Shown one piece after another: positions 48,583-59,200 of a stretch of 64,000 nucleotides of DNA. The position numbers and the translations under genes are program-made. The stretch is from an uncultured Candidatus Binatia bacterium (GTDB lineage Bacteria; Desulfobacterota; Binatia; UBA9968; JAJDTQ01). The number at the start of each line of letters is the position of its first letter. The stretch's first letter is position 1. The stretch is taken from NCBI GenBank assembly GCA_964291295.2, contig OZ219754.1, positions 2,752,001 through 2,816,000 of the forward strand, read 5' to 3'. The notes beneath the pieces were generated by a model. That model was given only the letters and a program-made list of their open reading frames with translations, had not been told where the DNA came from and did no database searches.

Positions 48583-49608
48583 TCAGCGCCCGGGCGTGGC
48601 GGCCAGCACCTCGTCGAGGCTCGCCGCCACCAGCACGGCCTCCGCCCAGGCCTCCAGTTCGGAGGCCGACGCACGGCGAACCCGCTCGCCCACCGCATCC
48701 GGCACATCACCGAAGCGCAACGCCAGTTGACGAAGAAGAAGTTCCGCCAAGGCCTGTATCCGGCCGCGTTCGATTCCCTTCTCCATTCCCTCGGCTCTTC
48801 CTTCAGCTCTTCCCTGCTCGATTCCCTGCTCCATTCCCTCAGCTCTTCCCTGTTCGATCCAGGCTTGTGCGACTGTGCCCATCAGCGCCTCCCAACGGTC
48901 CGGCTTTGTCCGGCGCAGCGACGCCTCCAGCAAGGGCGGCGTCAGGTTCATGCACTCGGCCATGTAACGCACAATATGACGCTCGAACGCACTCCCTGCA
49001 ACCGGCCCGCCCGTCATCTGGTCCAGAAGATCCGTCGGTATGTCCTCGGCATATACCACCTTGAGCGCCAGAAGCCCGGCCCGCACTTCGGGCGAGACCG
49101 ACAACCGCCCTGGCGCAATCTCGCCAAGGTCATGCAGCACATAGGCGAACTCCCTGACGAAAGGCTCCAACTCCCCGGGCGCGTCGATCATCCCCGGCAC
49201 CGAGGGCGCCGCGGTCCAGCGGCCCCGACCGTGGTAGAAAACCAGCGGAATGATCGCCGGCAGCCGGTCCCCGCCAGCGCCATTCTCGACCTCGCGGCGC
49301 CAGATGTTGACCATGTATTTCAGGAGTTGGAGCGGCGTGTCCGCGTCGACGCGGCTCTTGTGTTCGAGCAGTACATAGAGCCGCGCATCGTGGCCGCTCC
49401 TCAGTCTCACCCGGAACAGCGCATCGCACTGAGTCCGCGCGGCGTCCTCGTCGACGAAGTGGCCCTCCACCGCCTCGGGCGGGGCCTCGGGGTCGAGGAG
49501 AACGGCGACTTCTTGCGGCAGGTATTGCGCCAGCAGCGCGGCGGCGCGGGCCGGCTCGGAGACCAGTACCCGGAACAGCGCATCGTGGGGCGTCGTCGGA
49601 AGGCTCAT
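48583..49608 (-). CDS. Rpn family recombination-promoting nuclease/putative transposase with C-terminal DUF4351-like domain
   Basis: PHDALFR, CDALFRV, YVLLEHKS, PAIIPLVFYHG, EQGRAEG-type repeats, LLRQLALRFG. Confidence 0.9.
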   Translation of the reverse strand: MSLPTTPHDALFRVLVSEPARAAALLAQYLPQEVAVLLDPEAPPEAVEGHFVDEDAARTQCDALFRVRLRSGHDARLYVLLEHKSRVDADTPLQLLKYMVNIWRREVENGAGGDRLPAIIPLVFYHGRGRWTAAPSVPGMIDAPGELEPFVREFAYVLHDLGEIAPGRLSVSPEVRAGLLALKVVYAEDIPTDLLDQMTGGPVAGSAFERHIVRYMAECMNLTPPLLEASLRRTKPDRWEALMGTVAQAWIEQGRAEGMEQGIEQGRAEGRAEGMEKGIERGRIQALAELLLRQLALRFGDVPDAVGERVRRASASELEAWAEAVLVAASLDEVLAATPGR

Positions 49609-49625
49609 CGGGAAGGTTCCCCGGC

Positions 49626-49778
49626 GTCTTTCGCAGCGTCCCGGAACGGATTGCCGCCATCAAGCACTACTTGGCTTGCCACAATACCAATCCCATACCT
49701 TTCGCCCGGAACACCCCCGTCAATGCCATCCTCCTCAAAATCTCAAAATGCAACGCCATTCATGAGACGTACCACTAG
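49626..49778 (+). mobile_element. IS630-family 3' remnant (copy c)
   Basis: Homologous to 44892-45044; ends GAGACGTACCACTAG. Confidence 0.8.
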
Positions 49779-49793
49779 AAACCAAACCGCCGG

Positions 49794-50972
49794 TCACGGG
49801 GACGGAGGCCGTCTTCCCAGCACCGTCCAGCAGCCGAGAACCAGCGCGGGCGCCGCCAGTCCCATGAACACGGGAAGGAAACCCGAGGCGTCCAGACCTG
49901 CGCTCACCACCATAGGCCCCAGGAACAGGCCGACATCCCCCACGGTCCGTTGCAACGCAAGGGCCTGCGGGCGCCTGGCCGCGGGAACGACGGACAGAAT
50001 GCCCACCTGGCTCGCCAGATTCACCATTCCGGCGCCGGCGCCGATGGCGGTGTGCACGACCAGAAGCGCCGGGAAGCCATCGGTCCAGGGAACCAGCGCA
50101 TATCCCGCCGCCGAAACGAAGTAACCGCCGGCCAGGCAGGCCGTGACCCCCGAGCGGTCGGTCCAGAGTCCGCCGAAGAAGCGCCCGTTGATGTTGCCGA
50201 GCTGGCTGATGCCTCTCATGATGCCATAGGAGCTGACCGACAGCCCCAAGGCTTCGGTGGCGTAGAAGGCCAGCGCGAGAGAGCGGGCCGGCTGGTAGAA
50301 GAGCGAGAAAAAGCTGGAGGCGCAAAAAAGGGCCGCGCCCGGCGCCGCCAGGATGTCCCGAAGGACCCGCAGCTGCAGGCCCCGGCGCTTCCCGTGCGTC
50401 CAGGACGGCGAGGCGCGCACCAGCAGCAGCGGCAGCCATAGAACCACCAGAGCCGACACGGCGAACAGGCCGCGGTATCCGAAATAGTCGGAGATGAAAC
50501 CGCCAAAGGCGATGCCCACCATGGGGCCGGAACCGAGAAACAGGCTCAGAATCCCCATGGCTCGGCCCCGCCGGCCGGATTCCGCTCCTTCGAAGACCAT
50601 CTGGCGCAGGGAGATCTGCACCCACGCCACCCCGGCGCCGATGAAGAAGAACGCCCCGGTGACGGCCCAGGCGCTCGGGAACAGGGCGCAGGCCAGCAGC
50701 GCCAGGCCGGCGAGTGTCACCCCGAAAGCCAGCATGGTCTGGGGTGAGCGCCGGCCGCCGGCAACCACCACGGCCGCGGCATCGAAGGAAAAGCGCCCCA
50801 ACGCGCGCACGCCCAGCGGCAAGGCACTCATGAAGTAGGATGAGCCGAGGCTCTTCATGTAGAGCGGCACGAAGGTGGTGGCGGCGCTCATGGAACTGGC
50901 GACGCAGGCGCCTGCGACGTAGTTGAGCCTTCGCGCCCAACCTTCGCCGGCGATGGCCCGGCTGTTCGGCAT
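49794..50972 (-). CDS. MFS transporter
   Basis: About 12 hydrophobic segments, RGRAMG, GPMVGIAFGG, GLWTDRSG. Confidence 0.85.
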   Translation of the reverse strand: MPNSRAIAGEGWARRLNYVAGACVASSMSAATTFVPLYMKSLGSSYFMSALPLGVRALGRFSFDAAAVVVAGGRRSPQTMLAFGVTLAGLALLACALFPSAWAVTGAFFFIGAGVAWVQISLRQMVFEGAESGRRGRAMGILSLFLGSGPMVGIAFGGFISDYFGYRGLFAVSALVVLWLPLLLVRASPSWTHGKRRGLQLRVLRDILAAPGAALFCASSFFSLFYQPARSLALAFYATEALGLSVSSYGIMRGISQLGNINGRFFGGLWTDRSGVTACLAGGYFVSAAGYALVPWTDGFPALLVVHTAIGAGAGMVNLASQVGILSVVPAARRPQALALQRTVGDVGLFLGPMVVSAGLDASGFLPVFMGLAAPALVLGCWTVLGRRPPSP

Positions 50973-50985
50973 GGTCCGGCGCGCC

Positions 50986-51399
50986 TCAGTCGAACCGGTT
51001 CCGCACCGCCTGCGGGATGGGCACGGCGCGCATGGAGCGGGCCGTGCCGGAGGCGCGGCCGGCCCACGCGCGGGTCTCGCAACCCTCCACCGCCAGCTCA
51101 CCCTCGCATTCGATCCGGTGCTTCACGACGAACACCTTCGCGCGCCAGGAGTCCACCCAGCTCTCCAGACGCACCCGTTCACCGTGGCGACAGGGACGAA
51201 GATACCTTGCGCCGGTTTCCAGCAACGGCAGTCCGACAATGCCGTGCTCCGCCTCCATCGCGCGGTAGGTCAGTCCCGCCGATGCGAACAGGCGTTCGGT
51301 GGCGCGGTCGAACCAGATGTAGAAGTTCGGGTAGAAAACGATTCCTGCCGAGTCGCAGTCGGCGAACTCGACGTGGCGTTCGGATACGAATCGCTTCAA
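50986..51399 (-). CDS. Acyl-CoA thioesterase (4-hydroxybenzoyl-CoA thioesterase-like)
   Basis: VEFADCDSAGIVFYPNFYIWFD; probable TTG start after GGAGG. Confidence 0.85.
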   Translation of the reverse strand: MKRFVSERHVEFADCDSAGIVFYPNFYIWFDRATERLFASAGLTYRAMEAEHGIVGLPLLETGARYLRPCRHGERVRLESWVDSWRAKVFVVKHRIECEGELAVEGCETRAWAGRASGTARSMRAVPIPQAVRNRFD

Positions 51400-51517
51400 G
51401 ACAAGACCTCCGTCCTCACGATGCACGGGGCCGTTCGTCCTTCGATACGGGCGGCGGGCACCTTCAGTTCCCCGGCACGATGGTGTAGAGTCCCTCTTGA
51501 GGGAATCGAACGTTCAA

Positions 51518-54025
51518 ATGCGCAAATTCATCGCCGTGCTTTTGGTCCTTATTATAGTTGTTGCCGCATTGCTAGGATGGGCCCTCTACAATATCGACTC
51601 GCTTCTCGCCTCCTACCGGGAGCAGATCATTGCGGCCGCCGAGCGGCACACCGGCCGGAAGGTTGCCTTCGATGGCATCAACGTCGGGTTTCGCGGCGGC
51701 ATCGGCATCCGGGTCCGCGGCTTCTCCCTGGCGGAAGCCCCGGCTTTCGGGACCGGGCATTTCATTCGAGCCGCCGATATCCATGTGAATCTCAGGATTC
51801 GTCCACTGGAGCGCCGGATATCCCTGACCCGGGTGGTCTTCAAGCGGCCGGTGATCCAGGTCATCCGGGACGCCCGCGGCACCTACAACTTCTCCGACCT
51901 GGCCTCGCGCCTGGTTGCGGTGCGGCGATCCCCGCGGTCGAAGGGCTTTCATCGGGTGGCCGACGCCTTCGCCGCTCCCGGCAAACAGGAGTCCGGCCCG
52001 GCCCGGGGACTGCCGGTGTTCGCCGGGATGGTCGTAGACCCCGCGGTTGCCCGGGTGGAGGTCTCGAAGGGGACCCTGCACTATCGAGACCACCGGCGGC
52101 GCCATCAGGCGAGTCTCCGGAAGTGGGATCTGACCGTCGACGACCTGAGCCTGGACCGGCCCTTCAGGGCGGAACTGGCCGCAGCCTTCCTGTCGGACCG
52201 GCAGAACCTTCACTTCAAGGGCGCGGTGGGACCCGTGGGAACGGCCCCCCGCGCCGACGCCATTGGCGTCGACGGCACCGCGGAGGTTGCGCCGCTGTCA
52301 TGGGAGGCCCTGCGGCGGGCCTTTCCCGGGATGAGCGAGGCCTGGCCGAAGGCCCTGGAAGTGACGGGAAGCCTCAAGGGCGATGGGCTCGCCGTCAAGG
52401 GCACCCTGAAGTCACTCCACGTCACCGGGGCCCTGGATCTCACGGACAGCGGTTTGAAGTACGCCGGAGTCCTGGACAAGCCCCGTTCCACGACGCTGCG
52501 GATCGAATCCGACGTGCGTGTGACGCCCGGCGGCATCACCGCCAGGCAACTGGATGCGACCCTGGACGATTTCACCGCCAACGGCCGGGCAGAGCTGGAC
52601 TTCGGCAGTCCGGCGACCCTGGATCTCAGCCTGAACCTGCCGCGCACGGACCTGGGCGGGCTGGAGCGCCGAATTCCCTTGCTGGCCGACTATCGGCTGT
52701 CCGGCCATGCGTCGGGCACGGTACAAGTGACCATGGAGCCGGGCGGCAAGAGCCTTCCACGCATTCAGGGAACGGCCGCGATCCGGAAAGCAAACGCCAG
52801 GGTGCCGGCCTGGAACCGGACTCTGGAGGGACTCTCGGCGACCGTGGAGTTCTCCGGTCACGGCGCCACGTTTCGGCAGGTCTCCGCCCGCATCGGCCAG
52901 ACCCGTCTCGCCGGTCGGGTGACCCTGGAGAGCTTCGCCCCTCTCGCCATCACCTACCGGCTGACGTCTCCGTCGCTCCGGTTGGCGGATCTCGGATTCC
53001 CGCCCGACGGCACCGTGCTGGAAGACGCCCGGGGCTCCGGCCGTCTGACCCGCCGCGACCGCACGGCGAGTCTGTCCTGGGAAGGCGACGTCACCGCCGC
53101 CCGGGGAAAGCTCCTGGGACTCGATATCATCGACTCCACCGCGCGGATCGCCGTCCGGCAGCCGTGGCTGACCCTGGCGCCCCTTCGCCTCAAGACCCTC
53201 GGGGGTTCGCTGGAGGCCGACGGACGGATGCAGATCGGAGTGGACGCTCCACGCTTCAAGGTCACCGGGCGGCTGCGCGGCATCGATATTCGGCAGTACC
53301 TCGCCGGCACCGCCCTGTCCCCCGAGGTGGAGGGATCTCTTGATGCCGATTTCGACGTGACGGGACAGGGCCGGACGTGGGCGGCCGTCAAGCCCACGCT
53401 CGAGGGCACCGCCAAGGCAACCGTGCGAAAGGGCCGAATCCTGGACTTCAACCTTGGCGAGCGGGCCTTGCGGGGGGTCGCCGGCATCAAGCGGCTGACG
53501 TCGCTGCTCAACCGCAACATCAGCGAAAAGTATCCGCACATCTTCAAGAACGAAACCACCGTGTTCGATCAGATCCACACGGAGGTCCGGGCGGTCGGAA
53601 GCCGAATCGTCGTGAACCGCATCGCATTGACGGCCAAGGACTATGAAATCGGCGGCAAGGGCTGGGTGGACCTTGACGGGAACACCGATCTCGACGGCGT
53701 GCTCACGGTGTCGGAGAATCTCGCCGCGGATCTCTTTCCCGGCTTGCGCCTGACGCCCCTCATCAACGACAAGGGGCAGATCGAGGTGCCTTTCACGCTC
53801 CGTGGACCCATGGCATCGCTGAAACTGCAGCCGCGGCTCAAGCTCATACGGACCTTCCTGGAGAAGAGCGTGGGCCGAGGGGTGCAGGGACTGCTGGATC
53901 TGATCCCGGAGCTGGCCCCCCGGGGAAGCAAAAAGGGAAACGGGGAGAAAGCCGAGGAGGCGCCCGTGGATCCGATACGAGGACTCATCAAGCGGACCCT
54001 GAAGCTGTTCGGCGGTGAGCGATGA
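51518..54025 (+). CDS. AsmA family protein
   Basis: N-terminal TM anchor, TGRKV, beta-rich body, C-terminal VPFTLRGP. Confidence 0.85.
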   Translation: MRKFIAVLLVLIIVVAALLGWALYNIDSLLASYREQIIAAAERHTGRKVAFDGINVGFRGGIGIRVRGFSLAEAPAFGTGHFIRAADIHVNLRIRPLERRISLTRVVFKRPVIQVIRDARGTYNFSDLASRLVAVRRSPRSKGFHRVADAFAAPGKQESGPARGLPVFAGMVVDPAVARVEVSKGTLHYRDHRRRHQASLRKWDLTVDDLSLDRPFRAELAAAFLSDRQNLHFKGAVGPVGTAPRADAIGVDGTAEVAPLSWEALRRAFPGMSEAWPKALEVTGSLKGDGLAVKGTLKSLHVTGALDLTDSGLKYAGVLDKPRSTTLRIESDVRVTPGGITARQLDATLDDFTANGRAELDFGSPATLDLSLNLPRTDLGGLERRIPLLADYRLSGHASGTVQVTMEPGGKSLPRIQGTAAIRKANARVPAWNRTLEGLSATVEFSGHGATFRQVSARIGQTRLAGRVTLESFAPLAITYRLTSPSLRLADLGFPPDGTVLEDARGSGRLTRRDRTASLSWEGDVTAARGKLLGLDIIDSTARIAVRQPWLTLAPLRLKTLGGSLEADGRMQIGVDAPRFKVTGRLRGIDIRQYLAGTALSPEVEGSLDADFDVTGQGRTWAAVKPTLEGTAKATVRKGRILDFNLGERALRGVAGIKRLTSLLNRNISEKYPHIFKNETTVFDQIHTEVRAVGSRIVVNRIALTAKDYEIGGKGWVDLDGNTDLDGVLTVSENLAADLFPGLRLTPLINDKGQIEVPFTLRGPMASLKLQPRLKLIRTFLEKSVGRGVQGLLDLIPELAPRGSKKGNGEKAEEAPVDPIRGLIKRTLKLFGGER

Positions 54026-54099
54026 GTCCGGACCGGTCCGGACGCCATCGCCTGCCGATTGCGGCGTGACCACGCCGAGCCTGCGCCGAACCCGATCCA

Positions 54100-56301
54100 A
54101 TGCCGGAGAAGGCAGTCAAGCAACCCGATCTTCCGAAGGAGCCGCTGCACGGCCTGGTGGAGCGGATCACCTTTCACAGTCCGGATACCGGCTTTTGCGT
54201 CCTCCAGGTCAAACTGCGCGGCCGCCGGGAGCTGGCGACGGTGGTGGGCCACGCCGCCGCGGTGAATCCTGGCGAACAACTGGACTGCCAGGGCGCCTGG
54301 GTGAACGACACCACCTACGGCCTTCAGTTTCGCGCTGCCACGCTGCGAGTGATCCCGCCGACGACCCTGGAGGGTGTGGAGAAGTACCTCGGTTCCGGTC
54401 TCATCAAGGGCATCGGACCGCATTTCGCCCACCAACTGGTCAAGGCCTTCGGCGCCGAAGTGTTCGAGGTCATCGAATGCGAACCGGAACGGCTGCGGAC
54501 CCTGGAGGGCATCGGCGCCAAACGGCAGGCACAGGTAACCGGGGCGTGGCGCGAACAGAGGGCGATCCGGGATATCATGGTCTTCCTTCATTCCCACGGC
54601 ATCGGCAACGCCAGGGCGGCGCGCATCCATCGGGTGTACGGCGACGACGCCATCCATCGGATCCGTGAAAACCCCTATCGTCTGGCGCTGGACATCAGCG
54701 GCATCGGTTTCATCACCGCGGACACCATCGCCCGAAAACTCGGCATACCTTCCGATTCGCCGGCGCGGATACGGGCGGCCCTGCACCACGTGCTGTGGGA
54801 GTGCTCCACCGAAGGACACTGCGCGGCGGCCAGGCGCGACCTGGTGGAACGCACGGTGCGGTTGCTTGAGGTCGCCCCCGAGGCGGTGGAGCAGGCCATC
54901 GGACTCGAACTGGCGGCCGAGAACCTCGTGCGTGAATCGCTGGACGGCGAGCCGGCGCTCTTCCTGGCGCCGCTCTTCCGCGCCGAGGCCGGGGTCGCCG
55001 GCCACCTCCGGCGGCTGCTCGAAGGTCCGCCGCCCTGGGGCGGCATCGACAGCGACCAGGGCATCCCGTGGGTAGAGGCCACCACCGGACTGCGCCTTTC
55101 CGCATCGCAGCGGGAGGCCATGAGCACCGTGTTGAGCGGCAAGATCACGGTATTGACCGGCGGACCCGGGGTCGGAAAGACCACCATCGTCAACGGCATC
55201 CTGAAGCTCGTGGAGGCGCGCAACCGGAGGGTGCTGCTGTGCGCGCCCACCGGGCGCGCCGCCAAGCGGCTGTCGGAGTCCGCGCAGGCCGAGGCCCGGA
55301 CCATTCATCGGCTGCTCGAGTTCGACCCCCGGCAGGGGGGCTTTCGCAAGGACGAAGCCGACCCTCTGGATGCAGACATGGTGATCGTCGACGAGGTGTC
55401 GATGGTGGACGTGCTGCTGATGAACCAGCTCCTGAAGGCCGTGCCCTCCCATGCCGCCGTGCTGTTGGTGGGGGACGTGGACCAGCTTCCTTCGGTGGGC
55501 CCGGGCGCGGTGCTGCAGGACATCATCGAGTCAGGACGGGTGCCGACGGTGCGGCTCACGGAGATCTTTCGGCAGGCGGCTTCCTCAAGTATCGTGGTCA
55601 ACGCCCACCGCATCAACGCCGGCGAACCCATCAAGACCCGGGACAGCGCCGAGTTGCAGGACTTCTACTTCATACCGGCGGAAACCCCCGAAGCGATTCA
55701 AGACAAGCTCCTTCAAGTGGTCACCGAACGCATACCTCGGCGCTTCGACATGAATCCGGTCCGGGACATTCAGGTGCTGACGCCCATGAACCGGGGCAGT
55801 CTTGGCACACACTCCCTCAACCTGGAGTTGCAGAAACGGCTCAACGCCGGCGCGGAACCGCGGGTGAGCCGTCTCGGCTGGACCTATGCGCCGGGCGACA
55901 AGATCATCCAGACCGTCAACGACTACGACAAGGATGTCTTCAACGGCGATATCGGCCTGGTCTCGCGGGTTGACCTGGACGAGGGGCACATCCAGGTCGC
56001 ATTCGACGACCGCACCGTGCCCTACGAATTCAACGAACTCGACGAAGTCACCCTCGCCTACGCTACCTCGGTGCACAAGAGCCAGGGTTCCGAGTATCCG
56101 GCGGTGGTCATTCCGCTGGCCATGCAGCACTACCTGCTGCTCCAACGGAACCTGCTCTACACTGCGACAACCCGCGGCAAGCGGCTGGTGGTGATCATCG
56201 GACAACCCCGGGCGCTGACCATGGCGGTGAACAACGTGCGCTCCACCCGACGCCTGACCGGCCTCGCCGCCCGCCTCGCCGGAGCGGCTTCATGGGAATG
56301 A
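54100..56301 (+). CDS. recD2: ATP-dependent RecD-like helicase RecD2
   Basis: YLGSGLIKGIGP, TGGPGVGKTT, APTGRAAKRL, VDEVSMVD, LAYATSVHKSQGSEY. Confidence 0.95.
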   Translation: MPEKAVKQPDLPKEPLHGLVERITFHSPDTGFCVLQVKLRGRRELATVVGHAAAVNPGEQLDCQGAWVNDTTYGLQFRAATLRVIPPTTLEGVEKYLGSGLIKGIGPHFAHQLVKAFGAEVFEVIECEPERLRTLEGIGAKRQAQVTGAWREQRAIRDIMVFLHSHGIGNARAARIHRVYGDDAIHRIRENPYRLALDISGIGFITADTIARKLGIPSDSPARIRAALHHVLWECSTEGHCAAARRDLVERTVRLLEVAPEAVEQAIGLELAAENLVRESLDGEPALFLAPLFRAEAGVAGHLRRLLEGPPPWGGIDSDQGIPWVEATTGLRLSASQREAMSTVLSGKITVLTGGPGVGKTTIVNGILKLVEARNRRVLLCAPTGRAAKRLSESAQAEARTIHRLLEFDPRQGGFRKDEADPLDADMVIVDEVSMVDVLLMNQLLKAVPSHAAVLLVGDVDQLPSVGPGAVLQDIIESGRVPTVRLTEIFRQAASSSIVVNAHRINAGEPIKTRDSAELQDFYFIPAETPEAIQDKLLQVVTERIPRRFDMNPVRDIQVLTPMNRGSLGTHSLNLELQKRLNAGAEPRVSRLGWTYAPGDKIIQTVNDYDKDVFNGDIGLVSRVDLDEGHIQVAFDDRTVPYEFNELDEVTLAYATSVHKSQGSEYPAVVIPLAMQHYLLLQRNLLYTATTRGKRLVVIIGQPRALTMAVNNVRSTRRLTGLAARLAGAASWE

Positions 56302-56398
56302 GCGGCATTGCGCCCCGCGATGGCCGGATTTGACAGCCCATGCGCCTTTCCAGTAGACGGCAACCACCTCCGAGAGATTCCAGCGAGGGTGCACAGAG

Positions 56399-57847
56399 AT
56401 GAAGACACTCGTTCAAGGCGGCTGGGTGGTGGGCTGCGACCACGGGAGACACGAACTGCTGCCCGAGGGCGTGGTGGTCTATGAAGGGGACCGCGTCGTC
56501 CATGTGGGCTACGGCTTCGACGGACCGGTGGACCGGACCATCGACGCCCGCGGCCGGCTGGTGAGCCCCGGCCTCGTCAACTGCCACATTCACGCGGGCA
56601 CCAACGCCCGTCACGTCATGCTGAACGACGCCAGCAAGGCCGACTACCTGGGCATGAATTTCCTGTCCTACGGTGCCATGCGGCGCGGCGCCAAAGGCAT
56701 GGGGCCGCCGCCGCAGGCCGACATCGAAGGCAAGTTCGGAGTGTGGGCGGCGGTGCGCGGCGGCGCCACCACCATCCTGGATGTGGGAACCCGCGGCGCC
56801 ATGATCGAGGGCTTCACCGAGATGATCGGCGCACTGGGGGTTCGCGCCTACCTTGGAGCGGGCTACCGGAGCGCCACCTACGTTCTCGACGACCACGGCC
56901 GCATCCAGTGGGACTGGGACGAGGAAGCCGGCGAGCGGGGCCTGGTGCAGGCGGAGGCCTACGCCAGGAAGCATGACGGCGCCTTCAACGGCCGGATTCG
57001 CGCCATGCTCTATCCCGGACAACTGGACACCTGCACCCCGGAGTTGCTCAAGGCCACGAAGCGGGCCGCCCGGGAACTCGGCATCGGCATACAGCTCCAT
57101 GCCGCCATGAACATCGTGGAGTTCCAGTCCACCGTGCGGCAACGAGGCGTGACACCGGTCCAGTACCTCCATGACCTGGAGTTTCTGGGCGAGGAGGTGC
57201 TGCTGGGGCACTGTGTCTTTCACGGCCGGCACTCCTGGTGCCACTACCCCTACGGCGATGATCTGGCAGTGCTGGCGGACAGCGGCGCTTCCGTGGCCCA
57301 CGCCCCTTACAAGTACGCCAAGATGGGCATCGCGCTGGAGTCCTTCGACAGCTATCGACAGCACGGCATCAACGTGGTGCTGGGCACCGACACCTTCCCG
57401 CAGGACATGGTGCACGAGATGCGCCTGGCCGGGCTCGCCTGCCGGATGGTGGAGGGAAGCTTCCGCGCCGGCAAGCCCCGGGACGTGTACCATGCCGCCA
57501 CCCTCGGCGGGGCCCGGGCGCTGCGGCGCGACGACCTGGGACGACTCGCGCCCGGTGCCAGGGCCGACATCATCGTCGTCGATCTGGGCAAATTCCATTT
57601 CGGTGCCGTGCGCGATCCCATCAAGTCCTTCGTGGAGGGGGGCAGCGGCAGCGACATCGAGACCATCATCGTCGACGGCGAAACCCTGCTGGAGGGCGGC
57701 AAAGCCACCCGCTTCGACGAGACGGCCCTGCTCGACCAGATTCAGGAGCGGGCCCGGCCGGTGTGGGACTCCGTCCCGGAATGGCGCGCGCTGGGCGAGA
57801 CCATCGACGACGTGGCACCCCTGAGCTATCCGGTACGGAAACGGTAG
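56399..57847 (+). CDS. Amidohydrolase (chlorohydrolase/deaminase-like)
   Basis: PGLVNCHIH, QLHAA, LGHC, LGTDTFP, ATLGGARAL, GRLAPGARAD. Confidence 0.9.
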   Translation: MKTLVQGGWVVGCDHGRHELLPEGVVVYEGDRVVHVGYGFDGPVDRTIDARGRLVSPGLVNCHIHAGTNARHVMLNDASKADYLGMNFLSYGAMRRGAKGMGPPPQADIEGKFGVWAAVRGGATTILDVGTRGAMIEGFTEMIGALGVRAYLGAGYRSATYVLDDHGRIQWDWDEEAGERGLVQAEAYARKHDGAFNGRIRAMLYPGQLDTCTPELLKATKRAARELGIGIQLHAAMNIVEFQSTVRQRGVTPVQYLHDLEFLGEEVLLGHCVFHGRHSWCHYPYGDDLAVLADSGASVAHAPYKYAKMGIALESFDSYRQHGINVVLGTDTFPQDMVHEMRLAGLACRMVEGSFRAGKPRDVYHAATLGGARALRRDDLGRLAPGARADIIVVDLGKFHFGAVRDPIKSFVEGGSGSDIETIIVDGETLLEGGKATRFDETALLDQIQERARPVWDSVPEWRALGETIDDVAPLSYPVRKR

Positions 57848-57849
57848 CG

Positions 57850-58656
57850 ATGCCCTTCGTCGAAAGAGACGGCGCCAGGCTCTACTACGAAACCCACGGT
57901 TCCGGCCGCCCGTTGCTGTTCCTGAGCGAGACGGCATGTCATTGCGACGTCTGGAAGCTTCACCAGGTGCCGGCGTTCTCACGGGACCATCAGGTGATCC
58001 TGTGCGACTATCGCGGTACCGGACGGTCGGACTGGCCGTCGGAGCCCTACCGTGTCAAGGATTTCGCCGACGACGCCGCCGCGGTGCTTGAGCGTCTGGG
58101 TGCGCGGGACGTGGTCGTTTGCGGCCATTCCATGGGCGGGTCCGTTGCCCAAGTCATGGCCCTGGACCATTCCGACAGGGTCTCCGCCATGATCTGCGCG
58201 TCGGGCCGCGGCTTCCATCCACGGCCCGGCGGCATTCCGCTGCGCATCGCCAGGGAGATGGTGGAGTGGGGTTACGTGCGCTACCTGCGGGATCACGGCA
58301 TCGCCGTGGGATTTACCGAGGAGTTCGTCAAGCGTTTCCCTCAACGCGTCGAGGGCTGCCTGGCCGTGCGCATGGCCCGGCTCAACCCCGTGGAGCACTA
58401 TCTGCGCCACGTCATCGCGCGCCAGCAACACGACCTCCGGGACCGGCTTGGGGAGATCCGCATGCCGACGCTGATCCTGGTGGGCGCGGAGGAACACCAC
58501 ATCACCAGCGACACCTCGCTGCGGCAGGCGGCGGACGTGCTGGCGGCGGCGATACCCGGAGCGGAATTCGTGGAGCTGAAAGGTGAGAAACACAGCTACT
58601 TTTTCGTGAATCCCGACGCGGCCCACGCCGCCATCAGGAGATTCCTGGGCACTTGA
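57850..58656 (+). CDS. Alpha/beta fold hydrolase
   Basis: LYYETHGSG, DYRGTGRS, GHSMGG nucleophile elbow, C-terminal His. Confidence 0.9.
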   Translation: MPFVERDGARLYYETHGSGRPLLFLSETACHCDVWKLHQVPAFSRDHQVILCDYRGTGRSDWPSEPYRVKDFADDAAAVLERLGARDVVVCGHSMGGSVAQVMALDHSDRVSAMICASGRGFHPRPGGIPLRIAREMVEWGYVRYLRDHGIAVGFTEEFVKRFPQRVEGCLAVRMARLNPVEHYLRHVIARQQHDLRDRLGEIRMPTLILVGAEEHHITSDTSLRQAADVLAAAIPGAEFVELKGEKHSYFFVNPDAAHAAIRRFLGT

Positions 58657-58711
58657 CCGGCGCGGGCGGCCACCGCCGTCCCGCTGACACCGCCCGCGGG
58701 GAGGGACAAGC

Positions 58712-59149
58712 ATGAACGCCATCTTTCAGACCGAACCGAATCTCGCCCTTGTCGTCCTGCGGCTGGGGCTGGCCGTCACCTTCTTCGCCCACGGCACCCA
58801 GCATCTGTTCGGCTGGCTGGGAGGAAGAGGCATCCAGGCCCAGGTGACCAATTGGAAAGAGCGCTACCGGATCCCCACCTGGATCGGCGTCATCGGAATC
58901 TTCACGGAAATCCTCAGCGTCCCGGCCATGATCCTGGGTTTTCTGACCCGTCCCCTGGCCCTGGGTCTGCTGATCTTCCTGGCCGTGGCCATCTGGAAGA
59001 GCCACTGGGAGCACGGCTTCTTCCTGTCCGGAGGCGGACGCAAGGGCATGGGGATCGAATACTGCCTCGCCCTCTTCCTGATGGCGCTGGCGGTACTGGT
59101 GGGCGGCAGCGGAGCACTCTCCATTGACCACCTGCTCGGCCGCCCGTAG
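58712..59149 (+). CDS. DoxX family membrane protein
   Basis: LRLGLAVTFFAHGTQHLFGW, LGFLTRPLA, GIEY, GSGALSID. Confidence 0.9.
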   Translation: MNAIFQTEPNLALVVLRLGLAVTFFAHGTQHLFGWLGGRGIQAQVTNWKERYRIPTWIGVIGIFTEILSVPAMILGFLTRPLALGLLIFLAVAIWKSHWEHGFFLSGGGRKGMGIEYCLALFLMALAVLVGGSGALSIDHLLGRP

Positions 59150-59200
59150 TCTTCACCCCGGAAGACTTTAGCGGCACGAAGAGCCGCCAGGGCCCCGATC

